Shown piece after piece: positions 24,800-48,799 of a DNA stretch of 64,000 bases. Origin of the DNA: Zygnema circumcarinatum SAG 698-1b (Eukaryota > Plantae > Zygnematophyceae); NCBI GenBank assembly GCA_037447605.1, contig CM074810.1, positions 310,001 to 374,000 on the forward strand. Reading direction: 5' to 3'. A program made the position numbers and the translations under genes. The notes beneath the pieces are model-generated. The model had not been told where the DNA came from. It searched no databases and was given only the letters and a program-made list of their open reading frames with translations. Within the stretch, counting starts at the first letter, position 1, and every line of letters begins with the position of its first letter.

Positions 24800-25290
24800 A
24801 GGCGGACCATTGGATCAACCATTGGAATGGGTCTGAACCGTCAGTTGGCGACCAAACCAACCATTGGATTCAAAATGTCTGTCAACCATTGGTTCGGAAC
24901 CAAGCTAGCCATTGTCAGTGCAACCATGCCAACCGTTGCCAATTGCTGCAAAAATTGGTTCGCGACCTAGCCAACCATTGCCGCTGGATGTCAACCATTG
25001 GATCAATAATTGCCAGATTGTCAATGCTTCGTCCGAAGTCTGTCAGTCGGAGTGGAATTTTTTCGCTTTCTTAGTACCGTAGTGGCTGCCAGCCATGAAA
25101 TGCCTCCAATGGCTGGAAACCATTGGCGATGGTTGGGACCAATGGTTGGAACAATTGAAAAGCGGACAAGCCAACTCCTAGGAATCGTTGGAACGGGAAA
25201 ATTGGACCATTGGATTGAACAATCGCCAACCATTGGCAATCGTTTAAACCCAACGGTTGAAAACTTGCAACCAATGGGTGCTACTTTCAG
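24800..25290. repeat. Dispersed AACCATTGG/CCAATGGTT palindrome-rich repeat patch upstream of the DnaJ gene
   Basis: More than ten caaccattg/caatggttg motifs in both orientations. Same motif family as 10030-10290 and 17131-17810. Confidence 0.65.
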
Positions 25291-25605
25291 TCATATTTTT
25301 ACTAGTCGTTTTCTCAGCCAAGCTCCTAACCAAATGTCAAGTGACTAATGGCGGGCTTTCTTCCACTTCGAGCTCAGCGCTGTGCTGCCGTGATTGCATT
25401 TGCAGCTAGCATTTAGGGTTTGCTGGAATCTACAGTATTAGGATTTGCTGGATGCTATTGTTGCTGCAGACAATTAGGGTGCTGCAAACTATTAGGAGGG
25501 AGGGAGAGAGAGCGAGAGAGAGAGAGGGAGAGAGAGAGAGAGGGAGAGAGAGCGAGAGCAAGAGGGAGGGAGGGGGCGAGAGCGAGAGAAAAGCCTTTTT
25601 TGAAG

Positions 25606-28600
25606 ATGGGTAGGATTCCGAGTTCCTGCATGCTGCAGCTCCTGGTTGTTGCAGCCATGGCGGTTTCAGCAACCGCTATCTGGTGTGATACTGAAGACTG
25701 CTACGAAGTTTTAGGGTAAGATGATTCCTGCAAGCATCATTTTGCGTGCAAATTGTAGGAGAGTGTATGATCTGTGCAGATTTTTTTGGGAATCTATAGT
25801 TATAATTTGAAGAGTAAGTGAAACGTTAGTGTAATAAGCACTGGAAGATCTGCTTAAGGAGAAGATGATCACTGGCGTTTACTGGATGATCAGTGATTCA
25901 TTCTGGAGGGAGCTCAACACCTGTGTATACGTTGAAGCTCCGAAACTTTTTGGAATGAGCTGACAATGTCAACACTGAAAATCCTGAAACAACAAACCCT
26001 AAAACCGTCTGATTTTAAGTTTGAATGTGTATTATTAATGTTCACTTCTGTTGCTGATCGTGTTCTCTTGTTAACGTTCGTAGATTTCTCAATTGTGGAG
26101 CATCCTGGTGATGATAGAAGGAAATAAAACGTGCTCTGGTGTGATGTTATGCAGAGTGCCGCCTACAGCCACATCGCAAGAGATCAAGAAGGCCTACTTC
26201 AAGCTCTCGATGAAATAGTATGATCAAAGACTTTTGAATTTTTTTAAGCTTGTTTGTGGAATGTTTTCTCGCAAAATTTGATGTGATAACGCTTTTGGTT
26301 GGCTAAGAACAAAGAGAGTCGTGCTAACGATGAATGAAAATGCTGCAAACCTCCTTTCTCTCTCTCTCACTCTCTGTCTCTCTCGCCTCACTCCCTCTCG
26401 CCCCCCTCCCACTCTCACTCTCTCACTTTCACTCTCTCTCTCAACCCCCTCTCTCACACACTCTCTCTATTTCCCTTCTTCTCCCTCACTCTGTCACTCT
26501 CTCTCGCTTGCCTTGTGTATAGTCATCCTGACAAGAATCCAGATCCTGAGGCACAATCAATTTTTTCCAAGATCGCCAATGCATACGAGGTAAGCCCAAA
26601 TTGAGGAAGATAAAACCAATGCGAGATTTTGCAGCTGACAGGGAGCGATGTTCCGTATCGGCCTAAGGGCTCTCCTCCATCTCCCCCTCCCCTGCTCCTC
26701 TCTCTCACTCCCTTTCTTCCAATCCTCTCCTACTCTCTCCTTCTCCTTGTAGTGGTCCTTTCCCTCTCTCCCCATCCCTTAACAGATCCTTTTCTCTCAC
26801 TTTTTTGCAGATTCTGTTTGACAAGGAGAAGCGTGAGCAGTATGACTACTTTCTCGCTCATCCTGAACAGGTGCACATTGGTACACATGTAAAATTAAAC
26901 GTGAACATATACAGGTGGATTAACATGAATTGATATATAAGAAAACTGTAAAGTATATACATCCTTCACGGTTTCTATGATACCCCTTTTTTCTTCTATG
27001 GAAGGCTCTGAGGCTGCCTCTGCTTTGCATGCTTTTGATTCTCATACATGCTTTTCGTTTTGAACCTTTTTGTTCCAGTACTTATACAACACTGCTCAGT
27101 ATTATCGCACATACTATCAACCCAAAGCGGTGAGTTCTGCTTCCCAGAAAGTCATGCTTTTGACAAAGAATTATACTTAACACTATTGTTGTCATAGTGT
27201 TATTGTAGTGTGCATATCCTTACAATTGTGGGGTTGGTGGGCGGGAGGCTGAGCAGGATTTGAGAGCAATTCTTGTCGGGGTGCTGCTGCTCCTCTCCGC
27301 CTTCCAATACTTAAATGACTGGCTACGATATCATCAGGTAAAAAGCTCTTGTCTTTTCCTTTTTTTTTAGATGGAACAAGATATATAATGACTGAGAGAA
27401 TAACTAACCCTACATAAGTACAACCAACTCAGCTGTTTGGCTTGCTCCCTGCCTGCTGTGTGAGCGAGCTGCAGGAAAAACGTAACATACGCAAAACCGA
27501 GAGAGGGAGAGAGAGAGAGAGGGGGACAGTGCGAGAGAGAGAGAGAGTGGGGGGGACAAAGTGCGAGGGAGAGAGAGAATAAGATACGCACGCGAACACT
27601 AAACAAGCCAATGAGAAACGTTAGAGGGGAGAGAAAGTTAACGGGCAGGGGACCATTATCAAGCCAGTGATGATATCAAGGTAGAATGGATGGACCAATG
27701 ACCAAGTTTAGGGAGGGTGAACTTAGAGGGGAAAATATTCCACTAGGAATCTAGAGAAGTCAGAAAGTTAAGAATGATAATTTGGGCTCCTGCAGGCCAT
27801 AGAGCACGCCAAGCAAACTCCTGCTTACAAAAATCGACTCAAAGCAATGGAAGCGGAGAGGCTGGGCGGCAACTACAGTCGGAAAAAGGGCTCAAAGGGG
27901 AAGTTAAGGTACAATGGTTGACCATTGGCCAAAGGCCGACGGTTGATAAAAAAAAGAACGAAAGAAATCCTTTTCTCATCCCTCACTTTCCTTTCTCTCA
28001 CTTCTTTTCGTTCGTTTCGTTTTTCCCTTCGCGTGATTTTATCTCATGCTCGCTCTTATTGATAGAATCACCAATCATCGCCTCCATTTTTTTTCCCCAT
28101 TTTGGTAGTTTCTATACTGTGTGGCTAGAGTTCATCGAAATATGAATAGAATGTCTCTCTCTCACTCTCTCTCTCACCCCCTCCCTCTTCCTCTCTCCCC
28201 CTCTCTCTTCCCCCTTCTCTCACTGCCTCTCTATCTCCCCCCCCCTCGCTCTCTCTCCCACTGTCTCTCCCCCTCCCGTCCTCCCTCCCTCTCTCGGTAA
28301 TCTCCTGTTTCTCCTGTTTTTGACCAGGGGGGATGCACGTGAAGAGATGGAAAAAGAAGTGGAGCTGCAAATTCACGGCGCTGAAAAACCCGCCAGCTGG
28401 CGACTTGTGGGAGTCCGCTTCCTCCTTCTGCCCTTCACTCTCGGAAAGGTACGGAAAAAATCCTAAACCCTGATTTTGGGCACTCCAAGCTTTTTGAATT
28501 TCTAGTACTTTGAATGGCCTCCCGGTAGGAGATTAGACCCTACCGATCGCGTTTTTTCTGTGTACGGACTTTCCTTGTTGAAAATGGTGGAATGGGCATG

Positions 28601-29160
28601 AAATTGCAGGTTTTGATGTGGGAGGTTCTATGGCTACACCGTTACTGGATGTTACGGTTACCGTACGCATGGAACGACGCTGCCTACTTGACTCGAGTGT
28701 CGCTTGGCATGTTCTCCAAACAATGGCAAAGCATGGGTAATGTCTCTCTCTCACTCTCACTCTCACCCTCTCTCGCCGCCATCTCCCCTTTCTCTCTCTC
28801 TCGTTCTGCTGCCCTTCCTTGCCTCTCTCCCTTGTCATCCTCGCCTCACCATACAGTTGTTCCCCTTTCCTCCCTCCCTTTCCATCCATGCCCATGCCCA
28901 TCTTGTTTCTGAATGTCTCTCCCCTCATAAAGCCTTCCCCTCTTCTTCTTTTCCCTTCTAATTCTGCNNNNNNNNNNCCTCCCTCCCCCCTCCCTCCCCC
29001 CTCGCCCTTTGTAATTTACTCACGTGCTATGTTCTGTCCGTTTCCCGCCTTCGCAGAGCCCGGCGAGAGGGACCGGCTGGTCGCGCGGCGTCTGTGGGTG
29101 AAAGAGAACATGGAGGGCTTCCGGAACGAGCAGCGCAAGGAGTCGCGAAGGCGGAGATAG
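25606..29160 (+). CDS. DNAJC25: ER-type J-domain protein of the DNAJC25 / Arabidopsis J50 type, about 10 exons
   Basis: Signal peptide, then IWCDTEDCYEVLG/VPPTATSQEIKKAYFKLSMKY/HPDKNPDPEA...KIANAYE/ILFDKEKREQYDYFLAHPE. TM segment DLRAILVGVLLLLSAFQYLN. Also ELQIHGAEKP and WMLRLPYAWNDAAYLTR. C-terminus RLWVKENMEGF...RRRR. Confidence 0.92.
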
Positions 29161-30601
29161 CGTGGCTTGACTTGACTTGACTTGACTTTAGTCGACTTAA
29201 AGCAACTAAGCTGAATGTTGGCTAATAAGCTAAAATTGTCAAATTCCCTTCTCTTGAAAAGCAAGTTTGTGGATGTAAGTTTTTTGAAGTGACGGAAATT
29301 TGAAAAACCTTCAACGGAAGGAAACGGAAAGTTGAAAATTTTATGTAGTTCAGTAACAGAGAACAGCGAACGGGCGAGCATGGAACCGGGTCAGGCGTTC
29401 ACTGCCGTGCAGTGAATAAATTGTACGGAAATCGCAGCTGCAAAAGTACGGAAGAGGGCGGTTCCATTGTTCCATCATTTTAGAAATGCTTGAAGTGCAG
29501 AAGTTCAGCGTATTTTGATAAAATTATGGAAAATCTTTGCGTTTGATAAAGTAATTTTCTCTGCTCTTTCTTTCGTTTTTTCTACTTTCCATTTGCCTCT
29601 TATGTAAGTTCCTTTTTTTCCTTGCTTCAGTCTGGTTTCTTAATTCCATTTTGTTGCAGTGGCTCACTCTCCTTATAGAAGGTAGCTTGTTTCCGGGTAG
29701 GGCAGGAAATTTCAATCCCTCAGCCACAACTTCAGGAGGAACCAATCGCTTACAGAGGATCTAGGGACGAATGGAAAGAGCGAGGAGCTGAGCTCTGCTT
29801 CTAGGCATAACAACAAAAACATGGCTATGTAGTAGAGCATGAAAGTACATCATGACCAAACGATCATCAACAACAACAACAATCATCATCATCACCAACA
29901 ACAACAACAACAACAATCATCAACATTCTTGTAGTCATCCTCAACATCATGTCTCGTCATGTAGCCATCTTTTTGATGCTACTTCCATTGCCATCCCATC
30001 CCATCCCATGCCATGCCATGCTATGGCCATGCTACTTCCATACCCGCCAAAAATTCCCACCGACAGCAATTCTGTTGCACCCGTCCTGCTGACGTCATCG
30101 AGTCACTGCACGCCGCCACGCGTCAACATTAGCCTCGCTCCCTGGTCCGTCCTCAGTACCGTACGTACGGACGCCTTTAGGGGCTGCCCGACTTGGCAAA
30201 AAGTTACGAAACCATAAAGTACGGAACCGGTACTCCTCTGTATTCGTAACGGTATATTACAGGAGTGCTCCTTCTGATGTAAAACTTACAAGTGGATGTA
30301 CGGTATTGACGATTTTTAAGTTTTTTTTTTTTTTTTCGAAGTCCAACAACCTCTATTGCCGTATCGTACCGGTCAGCTCCAAAATGTCGGCGCGAGGGGG
30401 ACCGCGGCGGGGGGATGCACCTGGCCGCCTTTTCCTTTTTTTTTTCTTTTTATGTCTGAACGATATTTTAGAAAATGTACGGACCCCGGTTTTGTGGAAG
30501 TTTCCACGGGGAGGTTTTGACCGGGCTTGGAAGTTGCAAGGAAGACCAAACGCCCTCCGTCCCTCGCGGAAAAGGAACGGGTCCCGCCAATGAGAGTACG
30601 C

Positions 30602-30718
30602 CACGTGTTATCCCGTCCACTAATAAAATCTCGTCACGTGTAATTAAGATCACGCCCACCAGTGCTAGATCGCCACGTTTACTTCGATTCAAGAAAACCA
30701 ATGAGAGATCGTCACGTG
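30602..30718. promoter_or_regulatory. G-box cluster 470-580 bp upstream of the AAE3-OXC start codon
   Basis: CACGTG at 30602, 30635 and 30713; CACGTT at 30674. Confidence 0.4.
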
Positions 30719-31183
30719 TACTTAACGGCACGCCGGTACAGTGCAGCCCAAACAACCAAACAGCGACGGCGCCGTCGAAAAAGCGACACAAGCAGGAAGG
30801 GGAGGAAGAGGCGCAGGCGAGCAATTTTTTTTTATAGGGAGCGCAGGGAAATAAGAGAAGGAAGTGAGCTTGGCGAGCAGGTTTGCGAACAGGGTGGAAA
30901 ATAATGGTCAATGATAGTTTCATCAATGGAGGAAGGTTCTGCAAGCGCCTGCTGAAGGGGGCGGAGCCTGCAAGGGAGGCAGCAGCAGGGCTTGAGGGGG
31001 GCTTCTTGGAGCTCATTTTCTGATCAATATCTCATGCATATCACGTATTGGTCAGATAATACCGGTATTGCAGTTTTTTGGAATTTTTCCAGACATCGAA
31101 TTTCCTTGTAAAGGTCAAAATCTTGCAACATTCGTTGCAGTTCACAGAATACTAGAATTTTGCAATTTCTTTGGGGAAAAAAA

Positions 31184-37213
<6,030 letters not shown>

Positions 37214-38153
37214 GTGGTGGTAGGTGCAACGGAATGTGCATAGAGAGGGGAGAGAGGGGGCTAGGGTTGGTTGTGGGGCGGAGGATTCTTGCATTTTAGG
37301 ATCTTAGGGTTTCGGATTGTAGGGTATTTTAGGGTTCAGAAAAGTACCTGCATTCTTTGTACATCAATTTTCCTCAGAATAAGACATAGGGTTTTGCTAC
37401 GGAATGGTGGCCTCGGTGGACGCTGTGTGGTAAGGGTTCAGAGGTCTCTTCCTCTCTGTCTCCCTATCCCACCCCTCTCCCTCGTCGCCTCCTCTCCAAC
37501 TCCTGCCCGTCCTTCTCCCTCTCCCTCTCCCTCTGCCCCTCCCGCCCCCCCCCCTGCCCCCCCCTTCTCTCTCTAAATGAATGAATTGTGGAGTAAACGA
37601 GGAAACAAGTGAATAGGTTGAATTCATCAATCAACTAGTGAATTCGTCAGGCTAATAAGTGAATGAATAATTTTTTTTTCATATGGAGAGAAATTCTCAC
37701 GAAAAGAGAAATTTGAAGGGAAGAGATGGAAATAGGCGTCGGAAATTCTCCACGGAATCACTTTCGCCGTTTTTGCAGGTCTGTCCGGCCGTACACGACG
37801 ATACGTACACGTAGAACACCTACGATACGATACGTTAAGGCGCAGACACGATATGATACGATACTCGCGAAAGGATATAGCACGATACGGATACACTTCT
37901 ATATTCGATTCGCTACACAAAATTACGATACAGTACACACGATACGATACGCTATCGTCGCGGTATGGCCATCCAGATGGCTTCCACGCGGCGAGTCCTC
38001 ACATCTCCGCCTCACTCTTGCCAGTTGGCGGAGAGGGAGGGAGAGGGAGAGGGGGGCAGGGAAGACAGGAGAGAGAAGAGAGACGGGCAGAGAGAACGAG
38101 AGAGAGAGAGGCAGAGAAAGAGAGAGAAGAGAGAGAGAGAGGAAGAAGGGAGC

Positions 38154-44353
<6,200 letters not shown>

Positions 44354-44702
44354 CTTCTATGCGAACTGGAACTGAAACTGAACGACGGAACTGCGAACTA
44401 ACCAGGACACGGAGCTGACGTCTCTCTAAAATGCATGGAAGGCGAAGGAAGGGTCGGCTTTTGGGGGCGTGTACGAATAGGGTTCAATTTTAGCATCGTG
44501 AAATAAATGGGAGGGAGGGAGGGCAGGGGCTGGTCCATGTGGTAGAGTTATTTTCAATTTAACGGAAAGTTGTTGACCTTTTCTGGTGGAGGTTTTTTGG
44601 TTCAACGAGATGTATGTGACTTGGATGCTGGGAGAGAGAGAGAGGGAGAGAGAAAGACAGTTTGGATGCTGAGAGAGAGAGTGGGGGAGAGAGAGAGTTC
44701 GG

Positions 44703-44755
<53 letters not shown>

Positions 44756-44765
44756 NNNNNNNNNN

Positions 44766-44810
<45 letters not shown>

Positions 44811-45093
44811 GGGGGGGAGAGTGAGAGAGAGCGATGCTTCCTTCTCTGAAATGAAGACATGGAAATTGGGTTTAGGAAGAAATGTTCGAAACCGTAAAAG
44901 CAACACGCAAGAACCAAAAAGTAAAAAGCAAAAAGTTGCGGCTACGGCCACAAAAGCAATTTTAAAATTGGGGTGGGCCGGTTATCCAATAGCAGCATGC
45001 CACGTGAGCAGCTGTCCTACGTGGAGAGTTGGGATTGGTGCATGTTTGAGAGTTTAAATCTCAGTAGATTTGTACCCCAAAAGGTGGCTACTA

Positions 45094-45603
45094 GGGCGTG
45101 TCAGACTTAACAAAATGTTACGAATATCGAGTTTTTAGTATTACGAGAATCGAGGTTACTAAGTACTAAAAATCATCGCGCCCCCGAACCTAAACCGAAC
45201 CGAACGGAAGTCAACTGTACTAAGTCAACGGGTCAACGTTGCGAAGATTGACCCGTGGGGTTTACTGAAATTGCATTTCTTCGCACGATTTTGTTCGCAC
45301 CCAAAAGAGGCGCCGAAATGGACGTGCGAAGAAAATACTGGCGAGAATCGCGTCAACGTGACNNNNNNNNNNCTCCGCGCGCCGCGCCGGCGCTGTTTCT
45401 AAGTCTGAGGGCCCCGCGCGAGGGCGAAGTTGCGAAGGCGGCGTTTGGAGAAGTGCGAAGACGGCGATCGCGGAGTGCGAACAGGACCGAGCCGCGAGCG
45501 CGAAAAACTACGCTCGGGAATTTTAGTTTTACTGACGTTGACTCGAAATGTTACGAATATCGAGTTTTTAGTATTACGAGAATTTTTTAAGTCTGACACG
45601 CCC
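45094..45603. mobile_element. ~510-bp MITE-like element (contains an N gap) with 17-bp TIRs, flanked by TA
   Basis: TA|GGGCGTGTCAGACTTAA ... TTAAGTCTGACACGCCC|TA. An identical 38-bp direct repeat lies at 45113-45150 and 45546-45583. Confidence 0.75.
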
Positions 45604-45843
45604 TACTGTACTGTACCTGTATTTCGGTGGGACATCCGTCCTTTAGGCCTTAGCCAATGAGAGCTCTCCACGTCAGAGTGCCACTTGGCAAGTTTGCAAT
45701 GGCCAAGTCATGCCCCAAATTGCAATCTTGGAAGGGACTAAAGTTTAGGGTTGTTGCCTTCTTGGTTCATCCAATTAGAGGGTTTGGGGTTTTGTGTTTT
45801 TAGGATTTTAGGGCTTTGGGGGTTTAGGGTTGTGGAAGCCACT

Positions 45844-48727
45844 ATGGCGGATGAAGATGAGAAGGCTCCAGACGGCAGCCATGGCTTCCGCACATCAAGC
45901 CCTTTAGCAGGAGCAGCCATGGCGGCTCCTCCTCGTCCTTCAGAGGACGAGGAAGCCATAGACAGAGTCATTGCGGAGGTGGCGATGGGAGAGAAGGAAG
46001 GAGAAGGAGAGGGAGAGAACGAGACTGTGAGAGGAGTTCCTGAAGGGGGAGAAGAGGAGGGAGAGCGGGGTAGAGAGAGAGGTAAGCTCCTTGCCCCCCT
46101 GGAAGACGAGGAGGGAGAGGGAGAGGGAGAGGGAGAGGGAGAGGGAGAGGGAGCGGGACAGGGAGTGGGAGAGGGAGAGATGCCGTCCTTTCGGGAGGCC
46201 TTCCTTGGAGTCCTGCAGGACACAATAGCTGTTTTGGAGGGGAAGGATATACCGCGATATAATGTTTCGGAGGAGGAGTATGAAGCTTTTCTTGAGCAGA
46301 TTAGACAAAGAGAGAGGAGGGAGGGAGAGGATTCAGTGGGAGAGAGTTCAGGTGGCGACGATAGCAATGTAGTCGAAGAAGACGCTAGATTTAAAGAAAA
46401 CCCTCATCCTGAAAGCCCCGTTTCTGAAAACCTCATTTCTGAAAAACCCAATTCTGAAAACCCCATTTCTGGAAACCCAATTTCTGAAAAACCCATCTCT
46501 GGAAACCCAATTTCTGAAATATCTAGTCTTGAAAAAATTAAATATCCCGAAATTGTTAAAACCGCTCGGAGTTATTCAGGGGAGCAGGTTTCTCTAGATG
46601 CCAATATCGGCGATACGGAGACAGGAAATTTTGGGAAGATTCAGAGCATGGAACAGGGCTCCGATTTTATATCCGGAAAAATCGCAGAATTTGATAACAG
46701 AGAAACTGCTCCGAGTAAAATGAAGTCGTCAAGTCGAGGTTTAATAGCAAGTGCTTTTCATTCGCACCAGGGCAAAAAAGTTTCGGAAAAAAATTCGAAC
46801 AATTTTGTAGCTGCGAAATTACACGAGAAGGCGGAAAATTTGAGGGTTCAGCGGCGGAACGTGGAGCAAAATATTCAACAACAAAAAGGGGCTCAAAAAT
46901 TGCAGGGGGTGGAAAAAAATTCCGATTCCGGGCAGGTTAAAAAATCGACAAATGCCGCAAATATTTCGAGGAAATCTCGGTCGCCTTCTCTTTCTCCGTC
47001 TGGAAGTCCGAAATTAATTTCTTTTCAGCCCCCTCAAAAGTTGTCTCCTGGAAACCCTAAATTTCCTGAACCCTTCCAAATTCCCCAAAACCCTAAAGTT
47101 CTTACGAACCCAAGAATCCCTGTAAACCCTACAAGCGCAGAAACGTCCAATTTTTTTTCTCCCGGGTTGAAGGGTCTCGTTGCGGAAGTTATGGGCGGAA
47201 ATTCAAATTTCAAACCTGCCCCGGAAAAATCGGAAATTCCTCAGAGTTTAGGGTCTAAGGCTAAATCTCCGAGTTCAAATGTGAGTGCGGTGGAATCTGG
47301 GGTCCACCAGAAGCAGCCAGAAGTTGATCCGCCGAAAATTTACCCTCAGATCCACTTTCCAGCTATTCCATCACAACCTTCTCCTTCCCAATTTTCAAAA
47401 ATTAGTGATAGTATTTCCGAAACGGGGCTTGAAAATCAATCTCAGATCAACCTTTCTCGAAATGTGAAGGGTCTTTTCAAAGGGGCAGTTTATAATATTA
47501 CAAGTTTGATGCATTCTTTGGGGAAACAAGCGGAGAATTCGAATTCGGAAAATTCGATAAAACCACCTACGGAAATCCGTTCAACAGACGACGGAAATCC
47601 GTCACATGGAAAACTATACCCATCCATAAGTCCGTTAGAAGCTTCTCCCTCTCCAAGTACTCCTCATTTTATTCTTCGGAACAAGGTTAAGTTTGAGAGG
47701 GAAGGAGGCTCTGCAGAGAGGGAGAGGGAGAGAGAGAGAAAGAGAGGCGAGAGAGACTCCCCCTCTTCTCCTGTCAATTATACCCCTTTGTCTTTATTAT
47801 TGCCTGAAACCGAGCAAATATCTCCAAAACCTTCGCCCATACTTTCAAGTTACCCTCCCATCTATTCAGAAAACCCTTCAGTTTCAGTTCCGTTTGAACA
47901 TAGAAACAGAAATGGGAGCAATTCAGAGCCCACAGTTCAAATTCTTGATCGGATTATTTCGGAACATCCCAATTCTTCTTTTCCCCCTCCTCTCTCCCCT
48001 CTATCGCCTCTCCCTCCTCTCGCCACTCTCCCCACTCTCACCTCCCACTACCACTCCTCATCTCCTCTCCCTCCCCCTTCCTCTCCCACCCCTCCCCCAC
48101 CCCCCACCCCTCACTCTCCCACCTCCGCTCTCCCTCCCCTCCCCTCCCTCCCACCCTCCTCACCCTCCCTCCCTTCACCTTCCCTCCCCTCTCCCTCCCC
48201 CCCCTCCCACAACCCAACAGAAACGGATAACGGAACTGCATGGAACGCCGATGATGGGTTCTCCCAGCTTCCGGAATGCTATGTTTTGATTCACAATGTG
48301 GCTAAAAGGCACAATATTGGCACACTTGTACGGAGCTGTACGGCCTTCAAAGTGAAGCAGCTCCTCCTGATTGGCCGGCGCGATTTCAACGCTTTTGGGA
48401 GCCATGGAACGGCCCACCACGTCGACTTCAAACATATGCGGACCCTCGCGGAGGCGCGGGACTACTTGCAGGTGCAGTTTCGAAGGTGTAGGGTTTAGGG
48501 TTTAGGGTTTAGGGTTTAAGGATTAGGGGTAAGGGTTGAGGGTTGAGGGTCTTGCACTTTGAGTTTTAGGGATTTTTTTGTCAACTTCAAGTTTTTTTTT
48601 TTTTTTTTTTTTTAAGAACGGTAGGGTTTGTTTCACTCTGGACTTTAAGAGTCATTGAAGGATATCGTGTTGTTAGGAGGTTTAGGGTTTGTGGGAATTT
48701 CAAGGCATTGAGGGGTGTGAGGGTTTG

Positions 48728-48799
<72 letters not shown>

